From a virus (taxonomy: Duplodnaviria > Heunggongvirae > Uroviricota > Caudoviricetes): a DNA stretch of 21,415 bases. The notes below the pieces were generated by a model. The model saw only the letters and a list, made by a program, of their open reading frames with translations. It did not search any database and was not told the origin of the DNA. Below are positions 8,823 to 16,040 of the stretch, in pieces (the stretch's first letter is position 1; every line of letters begins with the position of its first letter). The DNA lies in IMG/VR virus record IMGVR_UViG_2778261463_000013, positions 1 through 21,415 of that record; one strand, written 5' to 3'. The position numbers and the translations under genes are program-made.

Positions 8823-9877
8823 TGAGCAGAAAAAATAAACAACGACGTACGAACGCCCGCGCAGCGCAGGGCAGCCTTGCGGATTCCCTGCGAAGCGACC
8901 CGACACTAAGTGCCTTCACGTTTGAAGGACCTTACCGGCTGTCAGGGGCCGACCTGCTGGACAGCATGTACTGCGCCGACAACGGGCGGTGGTTTGAAAC
9001 GCCCGTTGACTGGTACGGACTGGCACGGGCTGCCCGCCAGACGTCCTGGCACCAGTCGGCGCTCAGCTTCAAACGTAATGTGCTGCTGGGCTGCTATATT
9101 CCACATCCTCTGCTGTCCCGCCAGGAGTTCGCCGGGGTGGCGATGGACTGGTTTGTGTTCGGTAATGCCTGTCTTGAGCTGCGGCGCAACATGCTTGGCG
9201 AACCGCTGGCCCTGCGCCGGGCGCTGGCGAAATACATGCGACGTGGCAGCGATATGAAATCATGGTGGTATATACAGGAAGGACAGGAAGAGTACCGCTT
9301 TCGTGAGGGGACGATATGCCACCTGATGAATCCTGATATCAACCAGGAGATTTACGGGATGCCGGATTACCTGGGCGGCCTGCTGTCTGCCAGCCTGTCA
9401 CATTCCGCCGATATCTTCCGCAAGCTCTACTACGATAACGGCTCACACGCGGGCTGTATTGTCTACATCGGTGCGGCGCAGGTTGACCGTGAAAGCATGG
9501 AAAAACTGCGGGAAACACTGCAAAGCGCGCGTGGTGGCGGGGCGTTTAAAAATCTGCTCATCCACGCGGCGGGAGGTGGTAAGGATGGCGTACAGATTTT
9601 GCCGTTTCAGCAAATCACCGCAAAGGATGAGTTCATGAACGTCAAGGCTGCATCGCGTGATGATGTGCTGTCCGTGCACCGTGTACCGCCGCAGCTGATG
9701 GGGGCCATGCCGGGTGAGAAGGGGTCATTCGGGGATGTGGAGAAGGCAGCCCGTGTGTTTGCCATTAACGAACTGATGCCCGTCATGGAAGCAATGAAAC
9801 ACGTCAACGACTGGCTGGGCGAAGAGGTGATCCGTTTTAACCCTTACGCACTGTTAGACACCCAGCCCATATCCTGA
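8822..9877 (+). CDS. Q: Portal protein, P2 gpQ-like
   Basis: 351-aa ORF translationally coupled to P; size and synteny match P2 Q. Confidence 0.9.
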   Translation: MSRKNKQRRTNARAAQGSLADSLRSDPTLSAFTFEGPYRLSGADLLDSMYCADNGRWFETPVDWYGLARAARQTSWHQSALSFKRNVLLGCYIPHPLLSRQEFAGVAMDWFVFGNACLELRRNMLGEPLALRRALAKYMRRGSDMKSWWYIQEGQEEYRFREGTICHLMNPDINQEIYGMPDYLGGLLSASLSHSADIFRKLYYDNGSHAGCIVYIGAAQVDRESMEKLRETLQSARGGGAFKNLLIHAAGGGKDGVQILPFQQITAKDEFMNVKAASRDDVLSVHRVPPQLMGAMPGEKGSFGDVEKAARVFAINELMPVMEAMKHVNDWLGEEVIRFNPYALLDTQPIS

Positions 9878-9903
9878 CGCGCTTCGCTTGTCTGCTGCTT
9901 CGC

Positions 9904-9928
9904 CGGGGCATAAAAAATTTATGCCCCG
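9904..9928. other. Perfect palindrome CGGGGCATAAA-AAA-TTTATGCCCCG between convergent Q and the hotspot gene; no flanking U tract
   Basis: 11-bp arms, 3-nt centre, read directly; sits where a P2-family cos region would be expected (downstream of Q). Confidence 0.4.
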
Positions 9929-9943
9929 ACTCTCCAGCTCTGC

Positions 9944-10654
9944 TTAACGAAGTGCTGATGGCGCTCGCTTTTTCAGGTGATTAGCGATGTGCTTTTTCAT
10001 GTGCATAACAACATCGCCCCAGGCTTCTTCGCTGGGTTTATTGATAAATACGCGAACAGAAATATCGTCTTCCACCCGGACTCTCAGAGACACCCGTTCC
10101 GCATCTACTGAATATAATTCAAGTGCAATAACCACGCTTACCGGGTAGCTGCTGTCAGATGACTTAACCCAGGTTCGCACGGCCATGCGGAAAATATTGT
10201 CTGGTGCAGATGCGATATTGTGGACTGAAAGAGGACTAAAATCCGCCGCTGTCTTACATGGCAAGCCTGTCTCCACGTAGCGGTGCAGGTCGCCATCATC
10301 GTCTTCCCAGTACATGGATGGAAGCCCCAGCCATTCTTCATAGAAATCAATCAGCCTTGCCGCTTCATCCCGCAAAATTTGAGCTGCCTCAGCGCGTTTT
10401 TCTTCAGCTTCACGATTGATCTGGCATAAATCATTAAAGTGGCTCATGACATTATCCTCTTTTGAGTTGATGCCTGCCGCTATTCTGACTTTGCCCGGGT
10501 TCTCCTGCAAGCTGGTTATTCCTTCAGATAATTTCACAACATCTCCAACCTTGTAGCCATCATCGCCGGGCGGATGCTTACGCAACCCCGCAACTCTGAC
10601 GACATATTCTCGCTGCCTCAGTGCGATTTTGACGGCCTTATCTTTCACCCCCAT
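9944..10654 (-). CDS. Hypothetical protein (~236 aa from ATG 10654; alternative 167-aa product from internal ATG 10447), stand-alone unit in the Q-A accessory hotspot
   Basis: Long minus-strand ORF; ATG at 10654 has no clear SD, while internal ATG at 10447 is preceded by a strong AAGAGGA SD with 7-nt spacing; N-terminal ~70 aa have an AbrB/looped-hinge-like residue pattern (weak impression); no recognised homolog. Confidence 0.5.
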   Translation of the reverse strand: MGVKDKAVKIALRQREYVVRVAGLRKHPPGDDGYKVGDVVKLSEGITSLQENPGKVRIAAGINSKEDNVMSHFNDLCQINREAEEKRAEAAQILRDEAARLIDFYEEWLGLPSMYWEDDDGDLHRYVETGLPCKTAADFSPLSVHNIASAPDNIFRMAVRTWVKSSDSSYPVSVVIALELYSVDAERVSLRVRVEDDISVRVFINKPSEEAWGDVVMHMKKHIANHLKKRAPSALR

Positions 10655-10707
10655 CAAATCAAGCTTTTACGTCTTTTTTACGCTCAGCGTGAGAAATACA
10701 GCCATTC

Positions 10708-10725
10708 TGTTGTGTCGCTGCAACA
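10708..10725. promoter_or_regulatory. Dyad TGTTG-N8-CAACA (satisfies TGT-N12-ACA) resembling the late-promoter element at 2980-3003 but with a shorter spacer
   Basis: Shares TGTTGT..TCGCTG..CAACATC with the D/FI' dyad; function and orientation not established. Confidence 0.3.
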
Positions 10726-10872
10726 TCGTTCAGGGAATGCTATTTACCCCCTGAAACGCGGGCTGTTCCCCCGTCACCTGCGCGCAGAAAAAGGCCTTTT
10801 TTCGTGCACGCACGGATCCCCGACGGATCCAGACGCCACACGGGCCGGAAGGGCAAAAAGTCGTTCAAAAAA

Positions 10873-10902
10873 ATTGTGCAAATTTGTGCACTATTGTGCA
10901 TT
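10873..10902. repeat. Three direct repeats of (A/T)TTGTGCA at exact 10-bp phasing
   Basis: aTTGTGCAaa tTTGTGCAct aTTGTGCAtt read directly; helical phasing suggests an operator or protein-binding array. Confidence 0.45.
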
Positions 10903-10907
10903 GAAAT

Positions 10908-10935
10908 AAACGCCCTGGAGGAGGGCGTTTTGCTC
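10908..10935. terminator. Bidirectional intrinsic terminator after the A-linked operon
   Basis: 9-bp GC-rich stem AAACGCCCT/AGGGCGTTT with GGAGG loop, T-rich on both flanks; immediately downstream of the stop at 10938-10940. Confidence 0.6.
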
Positions 10936-10937
10936 AT

Positions 10938-11339
10938 CTATTTATAGCCTTGCCCCTTACTGGCCAGCGCCCTGATGGCAGGGCGTGCCAACACCATATT
11001 TTGGCAATGATGAATTGCCCGGCAAAATTCATCTCTACCCATTGGATGCTCAACTGGCAATGTAAAATACAGGTTCCATGCATCGCCTAAAAGTTGGGCT
11101 ATCTTTTGTTCTTCAGATGTCAGCAAGCGGTACTCCCCATCCTTGATGTAGTCACTTGTGCCATCGACCTGCTGTTCTGCAATGTGGAAAGCACCTATTG
11201 GTTTTGCTTCCAGCGATGCCAAAGCAATCCGTGCCAGTTTTTCCGCTTCTTCGGCTGGCAGTACAACGTTGCTACCAGGTCCGTATGTTTCGCGCCACTG
11301 CCTGATTGTCAGTAGTCGCTCTTTGGTTATAGTGGTCAT
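10938..11339 (-). CDS. Hypothetical protein (133 aa), last gene of the A-linked coupled string
   Basis: ATG overlaps the upstream stop (ATGA at 11336-11339); followed by a terminator. Confidence 0.55.
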   Translation of the reverse strand: MTTITKERLLTIRQWRETYGPGSNVVLPAEEAEKLARIALASLEAKPIGAFHIAEQQVDGTSDYIKDGEYRLLTSEEQKIAQLLGDAWNLYFTLPVEHPMGRDEFCRAIHHCQNMVLARPAIRALASKGQGYK

Positions 11340-11545
11340 TTGTTAATCCTCAAAACTTTATGCCCGGGCGCAAAAGCACGAGTTTTGTCTTTGCTTATTC
11401 GCCAGCCATCCTTACGCGCCTCTTTTGCACAGCCAGTCCATGACGTACCGATATATTCACCGAAGTCTGGCGTTTGATATTTACCATTTGTACACTGGCG
11501 ACAATCACAATAGAGATGCATGGTGTAACTTGCGGCAATAGCCAT
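11336..11545 (-). CDS. Hypothetical small Cys-rich (zinc-ribbon-like) protein, 69 aa
   Basis: AAGGAG SD 6-7 nt upstream of the ATG at 11545; YCDCRQC...GC Cys pattern. Confidence 0.55.
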   Translation of the reverse strand: MAIAASYTMHLYCDCRQCTNGKYQTPDFGEYIGTSWTGCAKEARKDGWRISKDKTRAFAPGHKVLRINK

Positions 11546-11546
11546 A

Positions 11547-11861
11547 TCAGTCTCCTTTGATGCCAGTGTTTACAACCTGACAAGCCTCTTTGAGCACCCA
11601 GTCAACAGCGTCTTGCCATGCTCCGGTTTCGACTGGCGGATTCTCACGCTTTACCAGTTCATAGAAACGTACTGCTCTAACCAGTCCATCTGACGGTTTT
11701 GCCTGTAGTGCAGCCTGAGCTATGCGGTATACCTGGAGCATACAGGCGTCGTTGATATCCATTCCGAATGGAATATCTGATGACTGAGATTCCACATCTT
11801 CCAGCCTGGCAATTTCTTTACGTAAGAAGCCTTTCAGTTCCTGCTTCTGTTTCCTGTTCAT
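11547..11861 (-). CDS. Hypothetical protein (104 aa)
   Basis: ATG at 11861 preceded by GAAGGA SD; the track start at 11876 is TTG; 1-nt gap to the next gene. Confidence 0.5.
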   Translation of the reverse strand: MNRKQKQELKGFLRKEIARLEDVESQSSDIPFGMDINDACMLQVYRIAQAALQAKPSDGLVRAVRFYELVKRENPPVETGAWQDAVDWVLKEACQVVNTGIKGD

Positions 11862-11872
11862 ATATTTTTCCT

Positions 11873-12067
11873 TCAAAGTTCGGTTCGCTGACAGGGTTTC
11901 TCTTTACGGCAGACAATGACGCTTCCTTTGCTCGAGTCGGTGATTGTTACCGTGCCGTCATCACACTGGACAATGACAACGGTGTTGCTCTTTTTCGCTA
12001 CGCAGTTCGGCGTGGCTGATTGTGCGAATGGCGCGAAAAACAGCAGAAAAAGTAATATTCTGCTCAC
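11873..12067 (-). CDS. Hypothetical small secreted protein (64 aa): predicted Sec signal peptide plus ~43-aa mature part with 4 Cys
   Basis: GTG at 12067 preceded by GGGAGGA SD (8-nt spacing) and overlapping the upstream stop (GTGA); N-terminus SRILLFLLFFAPFAQSA is signal-peptide-like; the track's ATG at 12244 would overlap the upstream gene out of frame. Confidence 0.4.
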   Translation of the reverse strand: MSRILLFLLFFAPFAQSATPNCVAKKSNTVVIVQCDDGTVTITDSSKGSVIVCRKEKPCQRTEL

Positions 12068-12495
12068 TGTTGTTTCCTCCCGTTCTGTGCTGGTCTGGCG
12101 AATGAATTGCGTTGTGGTGAAAAGACCATTCGCGCCAGCGCGGCCTTGTGATTGACTGTGTTCAGTGTTCTGGCCAGTCCGCCGTTGTGCCTGCGTGTCC
12201 GCTCTTCGTGATATCTCTGCATGATTTTCCCGGCAGGCGTGCACGGCTCCGGTTCCTCCGGCGAACGGCGCGGACGAATGACGACAGTCCAGCTATGGCT
12301 CTCGCTGCCCGGCCGCCTGTTGAGTATGTCGGCGATGGTGGTCTCCGTGGTGCGATCGGGGCTGACTATCGTGATTTCCAGCTCGTCGCCCGGTTGTGGC
12401 CTTGTGGCAGGCCTGAACAGTGTCAGCACCGGCATACGCTGGCGCATGATGGCCTCAAACTGTGGGCGCTGCATGGTGCAGCAAAATCGCGTCAT
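12064..12495 (-). CDS. Hypothetical protein (143 aa), translationally coupled to A
   Basis: ATG overlaps the A stop codon (ATGA at 12492-12495); Pro/Arg-rich; no recognised homolog. Confidence 0.45.
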   Translation of the reverse strand: MTRFCCTMQRPQFEAIMRQRMPVLTLFRPATRPQPGDELEITIVSPDRTTETTIADILNRRPGSESHSWTVVIRPRRSPEEPEPCTPAGKIMQRYHEERTRRHNGGLARTLNTVNHKAALARMVFSPQRNSFARPAQNGRKQQ

Positions 12496-15002
12496 GCTCC
12501 CGCCTCCACTGGCTGCTCTGTGATGATGTGACGGGCTGACTCATCCCAGTACGCTGTTCCCCCGTTATCCAGACGCACACGGGCACCGTTACGCACGGAG
12601 ATGATGGCCGCGTCAGGCAACTGCACACCCAGCGCATCAAGTTCGCGGGCGATTTGCGTGTCCGTCGCGGTATCCGCAGGCACGACAATCCCCACCCTTA
12701 CAGGGGTGTCAGATGCCGGTGTGGTGTCGTTTTGTCCGGTTTTTGCGCCCGACGGCTGATTTTTAATCTGATTACGCAGTTTTCTCCGATCGCCCCTGCT
12801 TAACGTATTCAGCCAGCTTTCCAGGTTCTCTTCGGGAAGCGTCAGTCGTCCGGGGTCCTGCCTGTTTTCTGGTCCGTGATTGTCTGTTTTTTCATCCCGG
12901 GGACAGTTATTGCCACGAGTCCAAGGGGCGACGGGGTCGCCCTGAAGGTCAAAACCCTCGCCCGTGCGGTTGTCTGGTGTTGTTTCTTTTTTAACCAGTT
13001 TCCACTCGTCCGGATGGGTGCATATGGTGTACCGCTCTCCGAGCGACGGGGCGCAGATTCCGTAGATACGTTGAGGGAATTCACCGTAGTCGTTGGCTTC
13101 GTCTGCGGTTTCGTATGCGGTGCGGACCAGATACTGGTTGCGCGGAATGAGCACACCACCCTGTTTCATGATGTAGGTGGCAAAACATCCCACATCTGCG
13201 GCAGCCATAATGGCGTCAATATCGTCATGATCGAGGTGCTTCGGTGATGCCGGGTTGCGCTCCATCTGGCTTGCAAGGCGGCGGAGTTCACGCCATACCT
13301 GGCGGGGCGGAATGCCGAAAAACTGGAACTGACGGATGCGGTGAAGGCTTGCCCAGGCAATGGCGTTCTCCACGGTTTCCGCCATGGTTTTCCCGGATTC
13401 CTCATCAACGTAAGGTTTTCCGGTTTTCGGATCATTGTTGTGGAAAGCGCTGGCGTCCAGGTTCTTACCGATATAGGTTGCGATATAGCTTGCCGGTGTG
13501 CCTTTTTCCGGGTCTATCTTCTCGCATTTAAAGCGCGGTGAAATATCGTCCCCCAGTTCGTGGCGATCTGATTTAATTGCTGCTTCGCGCATAATTTCGA
13601 TGATGCGCTCTGCGTTCTCCGGGGAAGTGAATACCAGCATATGCCAGTGTGGCGTGCCGTCATGGTGTGGCTCAGCGGTTCGCACGCCGTACCAGCCCAG
13701 CCCCTCTTTTTTTATTTTTTTTCTTACGGCTGCGAAGAAGTCGTAAACCAGATAATCACTGGCATCTCGTACTGTGGCACCGTTGTATTTCGGGTTCAGG
13801 CTGCCGTTCTCGTTCACGCTGTGAAAGCGGGAAGGGGTGGTTACTGTGATGAAGAATGCGACGTCAGCCCGTAATTCGGCCACCATCTCCATCCCTCTGA
13901 CGCAGACCATCATTTCATTGCGGCGGTTGCGTGGATTACCCAGGCCAGCCCAGTACACGTCCTCCAGACTCAGGCGCTCGCCGTCTTCGTTTTCAATATC
14001 CCAGCTTTTGAGAAAGTCACGGGTGCGCTGGCGCTTCTCGCGGAACTCCAGTAGTGACTCATGGCTGATATAGGGGGATTGTTTACGTGACACTCTGCCG
14101 GCGGCGCGCAGTAACTCCTCCCGCCAGAGATCGGCGACGTGGCGTAACTGGTTGTTCCACCAGGTCGCGCAGGTGATGCGCAGTACCGCACCCGGAACCC
14201 GTTCAGGGTCCGGCGGTGTGCGTCGGTTGTGCCTGATTTCGAGTTCCGGCCAGTATGGCGGGACCACGCCCAGAATTAAGGCTGTGCGTGCCACCTTCTG
14301 GTAGGCCAGCAGCCAGATAACCGGGCTGTCATTATCCTTGCCTGTCCGTTCAAGAACTTCATCACATATGCGTTCAAATTCTGCGGCGAATGCCTGGGCT
14401 GTCAGTGTGGCGATGCGCTGGATTTCGTCACGGGTGAGTTGCGGCAGTGTGAGCAGTTCTTCAAGGCGATGGCGCACGACGGTGGTTTTGAATGCCGGCG
14501 TTGCAAAGCGGTCGTTAACCCTTTCAATACGTTTCAGGCGCGCACGCAGTCCACGGCGAACGAAATTATCGGCCACGTATGCGCTGTTGTTTTTTACACC
14601 TTCACTGCGGGCACTTTGCTGTTTCCGGTTCAGTCGTGCCAGATCACGGATCAACACACTGGCAAGAAACGAGGGCAGGGTGCGAAGTTCGGCTATCGCC
14701 TCCGATACCGCCGTTGGCGGATTTTCGCGTCTGTGTCGTGCCAGCTTATCCAGCCTTATCTGCCGCTCTTCGTCCCGGTGAAGGTGTGAATTAATTTGCT
14801 TACCTTTGTCCGTGGTTGTCAGGAAGGCCACGGTTTCTTCATCCAGCCGGGCCTCAGTGCGAATGTCTTCGGTGAGGTAGTCACGGATTGCCCGTTGTAA
14901 TGCGGTTGGCTTCTGCGGTAATGCTCTGCCGAATGTCTCAGGATCAATAACCGGCAGCGGGGCGTTCCACGGGTACGCCAGGTGCGTGTGGTGATGGCTC
15001 AT
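12492..15002 (-). CDS. A: Replication initiation endonuclease (rolling-circle HUH family), P2 gpA-like
   Basis: 836-aa ORF; HUH motif region ...HHDGTPHWHMLVF...; GGGGAG SD 8 nt upstream of the ATG at 15002. Confidence 0.9.
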   Translation of the reverse strand: MSHHHTHLAYPWNAPLPVIDPETFGRALPQKPTALQRAIRDYLTEDIRTEARLDEETVAFLTTTDKGKQINSHLHRDEERQIRLDKLARHRRENPPTAVSEAIAELRTLPSFLASVLIRDLARLNRKQQSARSEGVKNNSAYVADNFVRRGLRARLKRIERVNDRFATPAFKTTVVRHRLEELLTLPQLTRDEIQRIATLTAQAFAAEFERICDEVLERTGKDNDSPVIWLLAYQKVARTALILGVVPPYWPELEIRHNRRTPPDPERVPGAVLRITCATWWNNQLRHVADLWREELLRAAGRVSRKQSPYISHESLLEFREKRQRTRDFLKSWDIENEDGERLSLEDVYWAGLGNPRNRRNEMMVCVRGMEMVAELRADVAFFITVTTPSRFHSVNENGSLNPKYNGATVRDASDYLVYDFFAAVRKKIKKEGLGWYGVRTAEPHHDGTPHWHMLVFTSPENAERIIEIMREAAIKSDRHELGDDISPRFKCEKIDPEKGTPASYIATYIGKNLDASAFHNNDPKTGKPYVDEESGKTMAETVENAIAWASLHRIRQFQFFGIPPRQVWRELRRLASQMERNPASPKHLDHDDIDAIMAAADVGCFATYIMKQGGVLIPRNQYLVRTAYETADEANDYGEFPQRIYGICAPSLGERYTICTHPDEWKLVKKETTPDNRTGEGFDLQGDPVAPWTRGNNCPRDEKTDNHGPENRQDPGRLTLPEENLESWLNTLSRGDRRKLRNQIKNQPSGAKTGQNDTTPASDTPVRVGIVVPADTATDTQIARELDALGVQLPDAAIISVRNGARVRLDNGGTAYWDESARHIITEQPVEAGA

Positions 15003-15007
15003 TCCGC

Positions 15008-15421
15008 TTACTCCCCTGCTGTTGCCTTCTCAAATGCAGCCCGGTACAGCACAAGAAGGCGCTGGTATTCAGCGATAAAGTCTTCTGCTGTTTTAATCCC
15101 TTTCACGACCACGCTGTGGGTGGTCATTTCCAGAACGAGCACCATTTCTGACGATGACCAGCTGATAACGCTGCTGTCGCACCCGTTGATGTGGAACAGG
15201 CCCAGCACCATGCTGTGGTTCTGGTCTCTGACATCCACGCGGTAACGGTCATCAACGGTGAAGGAAAAATTCCCGTATGTGGTGGCGCTGCTGGCGGCCT
15301 GTTTACAGGCGCGGCGGTAATAGTCATGCAGGTCATTGAGACGGGAAGCGAGGCGTGGATCCACCGCCCACATCCAGTTAAAAAAATCCTGAATATCTGA
15401 AAGTCCCTTAACGCTCTTCAT
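15008..15421 (-). CDS. Hypothetical early-region protein (137 aa) immediately upstream of A
   Basis: GGAGG SD 6 nt upstream of the ATG at 15421; position equivalent to P2 orf80-83. Confidence 0.6.
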   Translation of the reverse strand: MKSVKGLSDIQDFFNWMWAVDPRLASRLNDLHDYYRRACKQAASSATTYGNFSFTVDDRYRVDVRDQNHSMVLGLFHINGCDSSVISWSSSEMVLVLEMTTHSVVVKGIKTAEDFIAEYQRLLVLYRAAFEKATAGE

Positions 15422-15489
15422 GAGAACCTCCGGAAACGGACGTGCGGAAGCCTCCCGCGTACGGGGGCGGGATGGCTCCGGGATGTTGA

Positions 15490-15717
15490 TTAGTGGTGGT
15501 AGTGCTGGTTAATGAGGTCCTGCAGCTTGCGCAGGTCATCCGCCAGGTAGCTGAATACAGCGGCGGAATACATGTTTGACAGTGCGTGGCTGCGCTCATG
15601 CAGCATATTGATGTGCATGATATGCGCGACGCGGAATGCGCGGGAAAGTCTGCGGTTGATTTCAGTCTGGATGTGACGACGCGCAGCGTATGCGCGCTGT
15701 TGTTTGCGGTTTGCCAT
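15490..15717 (-). CDS. Hypothetical small basic protein (75 aa)
   Basis: AGAGG SD about 10 nt upstream of the ATG at 15717; overlapping 207-aa track ORF in another frame judged spurious. Confidence 0.55.
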   Translation of the reverse strand: MANRKQQRAYAARRHIQTEINRRLSRAFRVAHIMHINMLHERSHALSNMYSAAVFSYLADDLRKLQDLINQHYHH

Positions 15718-15724
15718 GGTGTTT

Positions 15725-15960
15725 GGCCTCTTCGTTTGTGAGTTTTTGGATACTCACCATCCAGAGGTTGCAATTCTGGGTGGCGAGACGTACAGGGTTG
15801 CAACCACCGGCAAACGAAGAAACCGGCCCGACCGAAGTCGGCCCCGTACGCCCCACCATAATTCTGGTGCGAAAAAGACGTGGCGATACGGTACGCACAA
15901 AAAAACCGCTGGCGCGGTTGTGCGCTTCGTTTGTCAGCGGGGGTTGCAATCCCGGCACCC
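15725..15960. promoter_or_regulatory. Repeat-rich non-coding region: three GGTTGCAA(Y) sites, one a perfect 10-bp palindrome GGTTGCAACC, plus three copies of CTTCGTTTG
   Basis: GGTTGCAA at 15766, 15796 and 15942; CTTCGTTTG at 15730 and 15925 (direct) and 15811-15819 (inverted); no convincing ORF. Confidence 0.4.
15899..15925 (-). terminator. Possible minus-strand intrinsic terminator downstream of the multi-HTH gene
   Basis: On the minus strand, stem AACCGC/GCGGTT with 4-nt loop followed by T7; stem is short so strength is uncertain. Confidence 0.35.
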
Positions 15961-16040
15961 GTTTTATGAGGTGCAGCGGAAATGTAACCTGACTGATTGC
16001 GGCATGGCAAGCGGTTTTTTTGTGTGTGCATAGTGGTTAC

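Noticed and set aside
7087-9342. Short ORFs on either strand inside P and Q
   Set aside because: All overlap the strongly supported terminase and portal genes; composition is Arg/Pro/Ser/Thr-rich junk.
9878-10000. Canonical P2/186-type cos cohesive-end sequence
   Set aside because: Only loose resemblance (GCTTCGCCGGGGCA) to the recalled cos sequence; not enough for a call.
12068-12244. Long version (123 aa) of the secreted-peptide ORF starting at ATG 12244
   Set aside because: Would overlap the 143-aa gene for ~180 nt in another frame; the GTG at 12067 has a strong SD and gives a canonical signal-peptide N-terminus.
15408-16031. 207-aa minus-strand track ORF
   Set aside because: Low-complexity Cys/Ser/Thr/Arg-rich translation; overlaps the well-supported 75-aa gene (15490-15717) in another frame and spans the repeat-rich non-coding region; no good start context.
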